A stretch of DNA of 64,000 nt, from contig OZ024758.1 of assembly GCA_964016885.1 (NCBI GenBank), forward strand, positions 34,038,001 through 34,102,000, given 5' to 3'. Position 1 is the first letter of the stretch, and each line of letters begins with the position of its first letter. Shown in pieces: positions 41,475 to 53,642 of this stretch. Source of the stretch: Eledone cirrhosa (lineage: Eukaryota). The position numbers and the translations under genes were made by a program. The notes beneath the pieces were generated by a model that did no database searches, was not told where the DNA came from, and saw only the letters and a program-made list of their open reading frames with translations.

Positions 41475-44400
41475 CCACTGTTGGTGAGAATTCATTTAAG
41501 TTCATGGTACTAGCTGTCAGAAGTAACTCCACTGTTGGTGAGAATTCATTTAAGTTCATGGTATTAGCTGTCAGAAGTCACTCCAATGTTGGTGAGAATT
41601 CATTTAAGTTCATGGTATTAGCTGTCAGAAGTCACTCCACTGTTGGTGAGAATTCATTTAAGTTCATGGTATTAGCTGTCAGAAGTAACTCCACTGTTGG
41701 TGAGAATTCATTAAGTTCATGGTACTAGTTGTCAGAAGTAACTCCACTGTTGGTAAGAATTCATTTTAGTTCATGGTATTAGTTGTCAGAAGTAACTCCA
41801 CTGTTGGTGAGAATTCATTTAAGTCATGGTATTAGTTGTCAGAAGTAACTCCAATGTTGGTGAGAATTCATTTAAGTTCATGGTACTAGCTGTCAGAAGT
41901 AACTCCACTGTTGGTGAGAATTCATTTAAGTTCATGGTATTAGCTGTCAGAAGTAACTCCACTGTTGGTGAGAATTCATTTAAGTCATGGTATTAGCTGT
42001 CAGAAGTAACTCCATTGTTGGTGAGAATTCATTTAAGTCATGGTACTAGCTGTCAGAAGTAACTCCACTGTTGGTGAGAATTCATTTAAGTTCATGGTAC
42101 TAGCTGTCAGAAGTAACTCCACTGTTGGTGAGAATTCATTTAAGTTCATGGTACTAGCTGTCAGAAGTAACTCCACTGTTGGTGAGAATTCATTTAAGTT
42201 CATGGTACTAGCTGTCAGAAGTAACTCCAATGTTGGTGAGAATTCATTTAAGTTCATGGTATTAGCTGTCAGAAGTAACTCCACTGTTGGTGAGAATTCA
42301 TTTAAGTTCATGGTACTAGCTGTCAGAAGTAACTCCACTGTTGGTGAGAATTCATTTAAGTTCATGGTATTAGCTGTCAGAAGTCACTCCAATGTTGGTG
42401 AGAATTCATTTAAGTCATGGTATTAGTTGTCAGAAGTAACTCCAATGTTGGTGAGAATTCATTTAAGTTCATGGTACTAGCTGTCAGAAGTAACTCCACT
42501 GTTGGTGAGAATTCATTTAAGTTCATGGTATTAGCTGTCAGAAGTAACTCCACTGTTGGTGAGAATTCATTTAAGTTCATGGTACTAGCTGTCAGAAGTA
42601 ACTCCAATGTTGGTGAGAATTCATTTAAGTTCATGGTATTAGCTGTCAGAAGTAACTCCACTGTTGGTCAGAATTCATTTAAGTTCATGGTACTAGCTGT
42701 CAGAAGTAACTCCACTGTTGGTGAGAATTCATTTAAGTTCATGGTATTAGCTGTCAGAAGTCACTCCAATGTTGGTGAGAATTCATTTAAGTTCATGGTA
42801 TTAGCTGTCAGAAGTCACTCCACTGTTGGTGAGAATTCATTTAAGTTCATGGTATTAGCTGTCAGAAGTAACTCCACTGTTGGTGAGAATTCATTAAGTT
42901 CATGGTACTAGTTGTCAGAAGTAACTCCACTGTTGGTAAGAATTCATTTTAGTTCATGGTATTAGTTGTCAGAAGTAATTCCACTGTTGGTGAGAATTTA
43001 TTTAAGTCATGGTATTAGTTGTCAGAAGTAACTCCAATGTTGGTGAGAATTCATTTAAGTTCATGGTACTAGCTGTGAGAAGTAACTCCACTGTTGGTGA
43101 GAATTCATTTAAGTTCATGGTATTAGCTGTCAGAAGTAACTCCACTGTTGGTGAGAATTCATTTAAGTCATGGTATTAGCTGTCAGAAGTAACTCCATTG
43201 TTGGTGAGAATTCATTTAAGTCATGGTACTAGCTGTCAGAAGTAACTCCACTGTTGGTGAGAATTCATTTAAGTTCATGGTATTAGCTGTCAGAAGGAAC
43301 GCCACTGTTGGTGAGAATTCATTTAAGTTCATGGTATTAGCTGTCAGAAGTAACTCCACTGTTGGTGAGAATTCATTTAAGTTCATGGTACTAGCTGTCA
43401 GAAGTAACTCCACTGTTGGTGAGAATTCATTTAAGTTCATGGTATTAGCTGTCAGAAGTAACTCCACTGTTGGTGAGAATTCATTTAAGTTCATGGTACT
43501 AGCTGTCAGAAGTAACTCCATTGTTGGTGAGAATTCATTTAAGTCATGGTACTAGCTGTCACAAGTAACTCCCCTGTTGGTGAGAATTCATTTAAATTCA
43601 TGGTACTAGCTGTCAGAAGTAACTCCACTGTTGGTGAGAATTCATTTAAGTTCATGGTACTAGCTGTCAGAAGTAACTCCACTGTTGGTGAGAATTCATT
43701 TAAGTTCATGGTACTAGCTGTCAGAAGTAACTCCACTGTTGGTGAGAATTCATTTAAGTTCATGGTATTAGTTTGTCAGAAGTAACTCCACTGTTGGTGA
43801 GAATTCATTTAGGTCATGGTATTAGTTGTCAGAAGTAACTCCAATGTTGGTGAGAATTCATGTAAGTCATGGTACTAGCTGTCAGAAGTAACTCCACTGT
43901 TGGTGAGAATTCATTTAAGTTCATGGTATTAGCTGTCAGAAGGAACGCCACTGTTGGTGAGAATTCATTTAAGTTCATGGTATTAGCTGTCAGAAGTAAC
44001 TCCACTGTTGGTGAGAATTCATTTAAGTTAATGGTACTAGCTGTTAGAAGTAACTCCAATGTTGGTGAGAATTCATTTAAGTTCATGGTATTAGCTGTCA
44101 GAAGTAACTCCACTGTTGGTGAGAATTCATTTAAGTTCACGGTACTAGCTGTCAGAAGTAACTCCACTGTTGGTGAGAATTCATTTAAGTTCATGGTACT
44201 AGCTGTCAGAAGTAACTCCACTGTTGGTGAGAATTCATTTAAGTTCATGGTACTAGCTGTCAGAAGTAACTCCAATGTTGGTGAGAATTCATTTAAGTTC
44301 ATGGTATTAGCTGTCAGAAGTAACTCCACTGTTGGTGAGAATTCATTTAAGTTCATGGTACTAGCTGTCAGAAGTAACTCCACTGTTGGTGAGAATTCAT

Positions 44401-47400
44401 TTAAGTTCATGGTATTAGCTGTCAGAAGTCACTCCAATGTTGGTGAGAATTCATTTAAGTTCATGGTATTAGGTGTCAGAAGTCACTCCACTGTTGGTGA
44501 GAATTCATTTAAGTTCATGGTATTAGCTGTCAGAAGTAACTCCACTGTTGGTGAGAATTCATTTAAGTTCATGGTACTAGTTGTCAGAAGTAACTCCACT
44601 GTTGGTAAGAATTCATTTTAGTTCATGGTATTAGTTGTCAGAAGTAACTCCACTGTTGGTGAGAATTCATTTAAGTCATGGTATTAGTTGTCAGAAGTAA
44701 CTCCAATGTTGGTGAGAATTCATTTAAGTTCATGGTACTAGCTGTCAGAAGTAACTCCACTGTTGGTGAGAATTCATTTAAGTTCATGGTATTAGCTGTC
44801 AGAAGTAACTCCACTGTTGGTGAGAATTCATTTAAGTCATGGTATTAGCTGTCAGAAGTAACTCCATTGTTGGTGAGAATTCATTTAAGTTCATGGTATT
44901 AGCTGTCAGAAGTAACTCCACTGTTGGTGAGAATTCATTTAAGTCATGGTATTAGCTGTCAGAAGTAACTCCATTGTTGGTGAGAATTCATTTAAGTCAT
45001 GGTACTAGCTTTCAGAAGTAACTCCCCTGTTGGTGAGAATTCATTTAAGTTCATGGTACTAGCTGTCAGAAGTAACTCCACTGTTGGTGAGAATTCATTT
45101 AAGTTCATGGTACTAGCTGTCAGAAGTAACTCCACTGTTGGTGAGAATTCATTTAAGTTCATGGTATTAGTTTGTCAGAAGTAACTCCACTGTTGGTGAG
45201 AATTCATTTAAGTCATGGTATTAGTTGTCAGAAGTAACTCCAATGTTGGTGAGAATTCATTTAAGTCATGGTACTAGCTGTCAGAAGTAACTCCAATGTT
45301 GGTGAGAATTCATTTAAGTTCATGGTATTAGCTCTCAGAAGTAACTCCACTGTTGGTGAGAATTCATTTAAGTTCATGGTATTAGCTGTCAGAAGTAACT
45401 CCACTGTTGGTGAGAATTCATTTAAGTTCATGGTATTAGCTGTCAGAAGTAACTCCACTGTTGGTGAGAATTCATTTAAGTTCATGGTATTAGCTGTCAG
45501 AAGGAACTCCAATGTTGGTGAGAATTCATTTAAGTCATGGTACTAGCTGTCAGAAGTAACTCCACTGTTGGTGAGAATTCATTTAAGTTCATGGTATTAG
45601 CTGTCAGAAGGAACGCCACTGTTGGTGAGAATTCATTTAAGTTCATGGTATTAGCTGTCAGAAGTAACTCCACTGTTGGTGAGAATTCATTTAAGTTCAT
45701 GGTACTAGCTGTTAGAAGTAACTCCAATGTTGGTGAGAATTCATTTAAGTTCATGGTATTAGCTGTCAGAAGTAACTCCACTGTTGGTGAGAATTCATTT
45801 AAGTTCATGGTACTAGCTGTCAGAAGTAACTCCACTGTTGGTGAGAATTCATTTAAGTTCATGGTACTAGCTGTCAGAAGTAACTCCACTGTTGGTGAGA
45901 ATTCATTTAAGTTCATGGTACTAGCTGTCAGAAGTAACTCCAATGTTGGTGAGAATTCATTTAAGTTCATGTTATTAGCTGTCAGAAGTAACTCCAGTGT
46001 TGGTGAGAATTCATTTAAGTTCATGGTAGTAGCTGTCAGAAGTAACTCCACTGTTGGTGAGAATTCATTTAAGTTCATGGTATTAGCTGTCAGAAGTCAC
46101 TCCAATGTTGGTGAGAATTCATTTAAGTTCATGGTATTAGCTGTCAGAAGTCACTCCACTGTTGGTGAGAATTCATTTAAGTTCATGGTACTAGCTGTCA
46201 GAAGTAACCCCAATGTTGGTGAAAATTCATTTAAGTTCATGGTATTAGCTGTCAGAAGTCACTCCAATGTTGGTGAGAATTCATTTAAGTTCGTGGTATT
46301 AGCTGTCAGAAGTAACTCCACTGTTGGTGAGAATTCATTTAAGTTCATGGTATTAGCTGTCAGAAGTAACTCCACTGTTGGTGAGAATTCATTTAAGTTC
46401 ATGGTATTAGCTGTCAGAAGTAACTCCAGTGTTGGTGAGAATTCATTTAAGTTCATGGTATTAGCTGTCAGAAGTAACTCCACTGTTGGTGAGAATTCAT
46501 TTAAGTTCATGGTACTAGCTGTCAGAAGTAACTCCACTGTTGGTGAGAATTCATTTAAGTTCATGGTATTAGCTGTCAGAAGTAACTCCAATGTTGGTGA
46601 GAGTTCATTTAAGTTCATGGTATTAGCTGTCAGAAGTAACTCCACTGTTGGTGAGAATTCATTTAAGTCATGGTATTAGTTGTCAGAAGTAACTCCAATG
46701 TTGGTGAGAATTCATTTAAGTTCATGGTATTAGCTGTCAGAAGTAACTCCACTGTTGGTGAGAATTCATTTAAGTTCATGGTATTAGCTGTCAGAAGTAA
46801 CCCCACTGTTGGTGAGAATTCATTTAAGTCATGGTATTAGCTGTCAGAAGTAACTCCATTGTTGGTGAGAATTCATTTAAGTCATGGTACTAGCTGTCAG
46901 AAGTAACTCCCCTGTTGGTGAGAATTCATTTAAGTTCATGGTACTAGCTGTCAGAAGTAACTCCACTGTTGGTGAGAATTCATTTAAGTTCATGGTACTA
47001 GCTGTCAGAAGTAACTCCACTGTTGGTGAGAATTCATTTAAGTTCATGGTACTAGCTGTCAGAAGTAACTCCACTGTTGGTGAGAATTCATTTAAGTTCA
47101 TGGTATTAGTTTGTCAGAAGTAACTCCACTGTTGGTGAGAATTCATTTAAGTCATGGTATTAGTTGTCAGAAGTAACTCCAATGTTGGTGAGAATTCATT
47201 TAAGTCATGGTACTAGCTGTCAGAAGTAACTCCAATGTTGGTGAGAATTCATTTAAGTTCATGGTATTAGCTCTCAGAAGTAACTCCACTGTTGGTGAGA
47301 ATTCATTTAAGTTCATGGTATTAGCTGTCAGAAGTAACTCCACTGTTGGTGAGAATTCATTTAAGTTCATGGTATTAGCTGTCAGAAGTAACTCCACTGT

Positions 47401-50400
47401 TGGTGAGAATTCATTGAAGTTCATGGTACTAGCTGTTAGAAGTAACTCCAATGTTGGTGAGAATTCATTTAAGTTAATGGTATTAGCTGTCAGAAGTAAC
47501 TCCACTGTTGGTGAGAATTCATTTAAGTTCATGGTACTAGCTGTCAGAAGTAACTCCACTGTTGGTGAGAATTCATTTAAGTTCATGGTACTAGCTGTCA
47601 GAAGTAACTCCACTGTTGGTGAGAATTCATTTAAGTTCATGGTACTAGCTGTCAGAAGTAACTCCAATGTTGGTGAGAATTCATTTAAGTTCATGGTATT
47701 AGCTGTCAGAAGTAACTCCACTGTTGGTGAGAATTCATTTAAGTTCATGGTACTAGCTGTCAGAAGTAACTCCACTGTTGGTGAGAATTCATTTAAGTTC
47801 ATGGTATTAGCTGTCAGAAGTCACTCCAATGTTGGTGAGAATTCATTTAAGTTCATGGTATTAGCTGTCAGAAGTCACTCCACTGTTGGTGAGAATTCAT
47901 TTAAGTTCATGGTATTAGCTGTCAGAAGTCACTCCACTGTTGGTGAGAATTCATTTAAGTTCATGGTACTAGCTGTCAGAAGTAACCCCAATGTTGGTGA
48001 GAATTCATTTAAGTTCATGGTATTAGCTGTCAGAAGTCACTCCAATGTTGGTGAGAATTCATTTAAGTTCGTGGTATTAGCTGTCAGAAGTAACTCTACT
48101 GTTGGTGAGAATTCATTTAAGTTCATGGTATTAGCTGTCAGAAGTAACTCCACTGTTGGTGAGAATTCATTTAAGTTCATGGTATTAGCTGTCAGAAGTA
48201 ACTCCACTGTTGGTGAGAATTCATTTAAGTTCATGGTATTAGCTGTCAGAAGGAACTCCAATGTTGGTGAGAATTCATTTAAGTCATGGTACTAGCTGTC
48301 AGAAGTAACTCCACTGTTGGTGAGAATTCATTTAAGTTCATGGTATTAGCTGTCAGAAGTAACTCCACTGTTGGTGAGAATTCATTTAAGTTCATGGTAC
48401 TAGCTGTCAGAAGTAACTCCACTGTTGGTGAGAATTCATTTAAGTTCATGGGATTAGCTGTCAGAAGTAACTCCACTGTTGGTGAGAATTCATTTAAGTT
48501 CATGGTATTAGCTGTCAGAAGTAACTCCACTGTTGGTGAGAATTCATTTAAGTTCATGGTACTAGCTGTCAGAAGTAACTCCACTGTTGGTGAGAATTCA
48601 TTTAAGTTCATGGTATTAGTTTGTCAGAAGTAACTCCACTGTTGGTGAGAATTCATTTAAGTCATGGTATTAGCTGTCAGAAGTAACTCCACTGTTGGTG
48701 AGAATTCATTTAAGTTCATGGTATTAGCTGTCAGAAGTAACTCCACTGTTGGTGAGAATTCATTTCAGTCATGGTATTAGCTGTCAGAAGTAACTCCATT
48801 GTTGGTGAGAATTCATTTAAGTCATGGTACTAGCTGTCAGAAGTAACTCCCCTGTTGGTGAGAATTCATTTAAGTTCATGGTACTAGCTGTCAGAAGTAA
48901 CTCCACTGTTGGTGAGAATTCATTTAAGTTCATGGTACTAGCTGTCAGAAGTAACTCCACTGTTGGTGAGAATTCATTTAAGTTCATGGTACTAGCTGTC
49001 AGAAGTAACTCCACTGTTGCTGAGAATTCATTTAAGTTCATGGTATTAGCTGTCAGAAGTAACTCCACTGTTGGTGAGAATTCATTTAAGTCATGGTATT
49101 AGTTGTCAGAAGTAACTCCAATGTTGGTGAGAATTCATTTAAGTTCATGGTACTAGCTGTCAGAAGTAACTCCACTGTTGGTGAGAATTCATTTAAGTTC
49201 ATGGTATTAGCTGTCAGAAGGAACTCCACTGTTGGTGAGAATTCATTTAAGTCATGGTATTAGCTGTCAGAAGTAACTCCATTGTTGGTGAGAATTCATT
49301 TAAGTCATGGTACTAGCTGTCAGAAGTAACTCCAATGTTGGTGAGAATTCATTTAAGTTCATGGTATTAGCTGTCAGAAGTAACTCCACTGTTGGTGAGA
49401 ATTCATTTAAGTTCATGGTATTAGCTGTCAGAAGTAACTCCACTGTTGGTGAGAATTCATTTAAGTTCATGGTAGTAGCTGTCAGAAGTAACTCCACTGT
49501 TGGTGAGAATTCATTTAAGTTCATGGTATTAGCTGTCAGAAGTAACTCCAATGTTGGTGAGAGTTCATTTAAGTTCATGGTATTAGCTGTCAGAAGTAAC
49601 TCCACTGTTGGTGAGAATTCATTTAAGTTCATGGTATTAGCTGTCAGAAGTAACTCCACTGTTGGTGAGAATTCATTTAAGTTCATGGTACTAGCTGTCA
49701 GAAGTAACTCCACTGTTGGTGAGAGTTCATTTTAGTTCATGGTATTAGTTGTCAGAAGTAACTCCACTGTTGGTGAGAATTCATTTAAGTCATGGTATTA
49801 GTTGTCAGAAGTAACACCAATGTTGGTGAGAATTCATTTAAGTTCATGGTACTAGCTGTCAGAAGTAACTCCACTGTTGGTGAGAATTCATTTAAGTTCA
49901 TGGTATTAGCTGTCAGAAGTAACTCCACTGTTGGTGAGAATTCATTTAAGTCATGGTACTAGCTGTCAGAAGTAACTCCAATGTTGGTGAGAATTCATTT
50001 AAGTTCATGGTATTAGCTGTCAGAAGTAACTCCACTGTTGGTGAGAATTCATTTAAGTCATGGTATTAGTTGTCAGAAGTAACACCAATGTTGGTGAGAA
50101 TTCATTTAAGTTCATGGTACTAGCTGTCAGAAGTAACTCCACTGTTGGTGAGAATTCATTTAAGTTCATGGTATTAGCTGTCAGAAATAACTCCAATGTT
50201 GGTGAGAATTCATTTAAGTTCATGGTATTAGCTGTCAGAAGTAACTCCACTGTTGGTGAGAGTTCATTTAAGTTCATGGTATTAGCTGTCAGAAGTAACT
50301 CCACTGTTGGTGAGAATTCATTTAAGTTCATGGTACTAGCTGTCAGAAGTAACTCCACTGTTGGTGAGAATTCATTTAAGTTCATGGTATTAGTTTGTCA

Positions 50401-53400
50401 GAAGTAACTCCACTGTTGGTGAGAATTCATTTAAGTCATGGTATTAGTTGTCAGAAGTAACTCCAATGTTGGTGAGAATTCATTTAATTCATGGTACTAG
50501 CTGTCAGAAGTAACTCCAATGTTGGTGAGAATTCATTTAAGTTCATGGTATTAGCTGTCAGAAGTAACTCCACTGTTGGTGAGAATTCATTTAAGTTCAT
50601 GGTATTAGCTGTCAGAAGTAACTCCACTGTTGGTGAGAATTCATTTAAGTTCATGGTACTAGCTGTCAGAAGTAACTCCACTGTTGGTGAGAATTCATTT
50701 AAGTTCATGGTATTAGCTGTCAGAAGTAACTCCAATGTTGGTGAGAATTCATTTAAGTTCATGGTATTAGCTGTCAGAAGTAACTCCACTGTTGGTGAGA
50801 ATTCATTTAAGTTCATGGTATTAGCTGTCAGAAGTAACTCCAATGTTGGTGAGAATTCATTTAAGTTCATGGTATTAGCTGTCAGAAGTAACTCCACTGT
50901 TGGTGAGAATTCATTTAAGTTCATGGTACTAGCTGTCAGAAGTAACTCCACTGTTGGTGAGAATTCATTTAAGTTCATGGTATTAGTTTGTCAGAAGTAA
51001 CTCCACTGTTGGTGAGAATTCATTTAAGTCATGGTATTAGTTGTCAGAAGTAACTCCAATGTTGGTGAGAATTCATTTAAGTCATGGTACTAGCTGTCAG
51101 AAGTAACTCCAATGTTGGTGAGAATTCATTTAAGTTCATGGTATTAGCTGTCAGAAGTAACTCCACTGTTGGTGAGAATTCATTTAAGTTCATGGTATTA
51201 GCTGTCAGAAGTAACTCCACTGTTGGTGAGAATTCATTTAAGTTCATGGTATTAGCTGTCAGAAGTAACTCCACTGTTGGTGAGAATTCATTTAAGTTCA
51301 TGGTATTAGCTGTCAGAAGGAACTCCAATGTTGGTGAGAATTCATTTAAGTCATGGTACTAGCTGTCAGAAGTAACTCCACTGTTGGTGAGAATTCATTT
51401 AAGTTCATGGTATTAGCTGTCAGAAGGAACGCCACTGTTGGTGAGAATTCATTTAAGTTCATGGTATTAGCTGTCAGAAGTAACTCCACTGTTGGTGAGA
51501 ATTCATTTAAGTTCATGGTACTAGCTGTCAGAAGTAACTCCACTGTTGGTGAGAATTCATTTAAGTTCATGGTATTAGCTGTCAGAAGTAACTCCACTGT
51601 TGGTGAGAATTCATTTAAGTTCATGGTACTAGCTGTCAGAAGTAACTCCACTGTTGTTGAGAATTCATTTAAGTTCATGGTACTAGCTGTCAGAAGTAAC
51701 TCCACTGTTGGTGAGAATTCATTTAAGTTCATGGTACTAGCTGTCAGAAGTAACTCCAATGTTGGTGAGAATTCATTTAAGTTCATGGTATTAGCTGTCA
51801 GAAGTAACTCCACTGTTGGTGAGAATTCATTTAAGTTCATGGTACTAGCTGTCAGAAGTAACTCCACTGTTGGTGAGAATTCATTTAAGTTCATGGTATT
51901 AGCTGTCAGAAGTCACTCCAATGTTGGTGAGAATTCATTTAAGTTCGTGGTATTAGCTGTCAGAAGTAACTCCACTGTTGGTGAGAATTCATTTAAGTTA
52001 ATGGTATTAGCTGTCAGAAGTAACTCCACTGTTGGTGAGAATTCATTTAAGTCATGGTATTAGTTGTCAGAAGTAACTCCAATGTTGGTGAGAATTCATT
52101 TAAGTCATGGTACTAGCTGTCAGAAGTAACTCCAATGTTGGTGAGAATTCATTTAAGTTCATGGTATTAGCTGTCAGAAGTAACTCCACTGTTGGTGAGA
52201 ATTCATTTAAGTTCATGGTATTAGCTGTCAGAAGTAACTCCAATGTTGGTGAGAATTCATTTAAGTCATGGTACTAGCTGTCAGAAGTAACTCCACTGTT
52301 GGTGAGAATTCATTTAAGTTCATGGTATTAGCTGTCAGAAGGAACGCCACTGTTGGTGAGAATTCATTTAAGTTCATGGTATTAGCTGTCAGAAGTAACT
52401 CCACTGTTGGTGAGAATTCATTTAAGTTCATGGTACTAGCTGTCAGAAGTAACTCCACTGTTGGTGAGAATTCATTTAAGTTCATGGTATTAGCTGTCAG
52501 AAGTAACTCCACTGTTGGTGAGAATTCATTTAAGTTCATGGTACTAGCTGTCAGAAGTAACTCCACTGTTGTTGAGAATTCATTTAAGTTCATGGTACTA
52601 GCTGTCAGAAGTAACTCCACTGTTGGTGAGAATTCATTTAAGTTCATGGTACTAGCTGTCAGAAGTAACTCCAATGTTGGTGAGAATTCATTTAAGTTCA
52701 TGGTATTAGCTGTCAGAAGTAACTCCACTGTTGGTGAGAATTCATTTAAGTTATATGGTATTAGCTGTCAGAAGTCACTCCAATGTTGGTGAGAATTCAT
52801 TTAAGTTCATGGTATTAGCTGTCAGAAGTAACTCCACTGTTGGTGAGAATTCATTTAAGTTCATGGTACTAGCTGTCAGAAGTAACTCCAATGTTGGTGA
52901 GAATTCATTTAAGTTCATGGTATTAGCTGTCAGAAGTAACTCCACTGTTGTTGAGAATTCATTTAAGTTCATGGTACTAGCTGTCAGAAGTAACTCCACT
53001 GTTGGTGAGAATTCATTTAAGTTCATGGTACTAGCTGTCAGAAGTAACTCCACTGTTGGTGAGAATTCATTTAAGTTCATGGTATTAGCTGTCAGAAGTC
53101 ACTCCAATGTTGGTGAGAATTCATTTAAGTTCGTGGTATTAGCTGTCAGAAGTAACTCCACTGTTGGTGAGAATTCATTTAAGTTAATGGTATTAGCTGT
53201 CAGAAGTAACTCCACTGTTGGTGAGAATTCATTTAAGTTCATGGTATTAGCTGTCAGAAGTAACTCCACAGTTGGTGAGAATTCATTTAAGTTCATGGTA
53301 TTAGCTGTCAGAAGGAACTCCAATGTTGGTGAGAATTCATTTAAGTCATGGTACAAGCTGTCAGAAGTAACTCCACTGTTGGTGAGAATTCATTTAAGTT

Positions 53401-53642
53401 CATGGTACTAGCTGTCAGAAGTAACTCCAATGTTGGTGAGAATTCATTTAAGTTCATGGTACTAGCTGTCAGAAGTAACTCCACTGTTGGTGAGAATTCA
53501 TTTAAGTTCATGGTATTAGCTGTCAGAAGTCACTCCACTGTTGGTGAGAATTCATTTAAGTTCATGGTATTAGCTGTCAGAAGTCACTCCACTGTTGGTG
53601 AGAATTCATTTAAGTTCATGGTACTAGCTGTCAGAAGTAACC
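41475..53642 (+). repeat. 12,168-bp tandem duplication, copy 2
   Basis: Same evidence as copy 1. The match at this offset stops on the left at 29306(T)/41474(C) and on the right at 41478(C)/53646(A). Confidence 0.95.
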
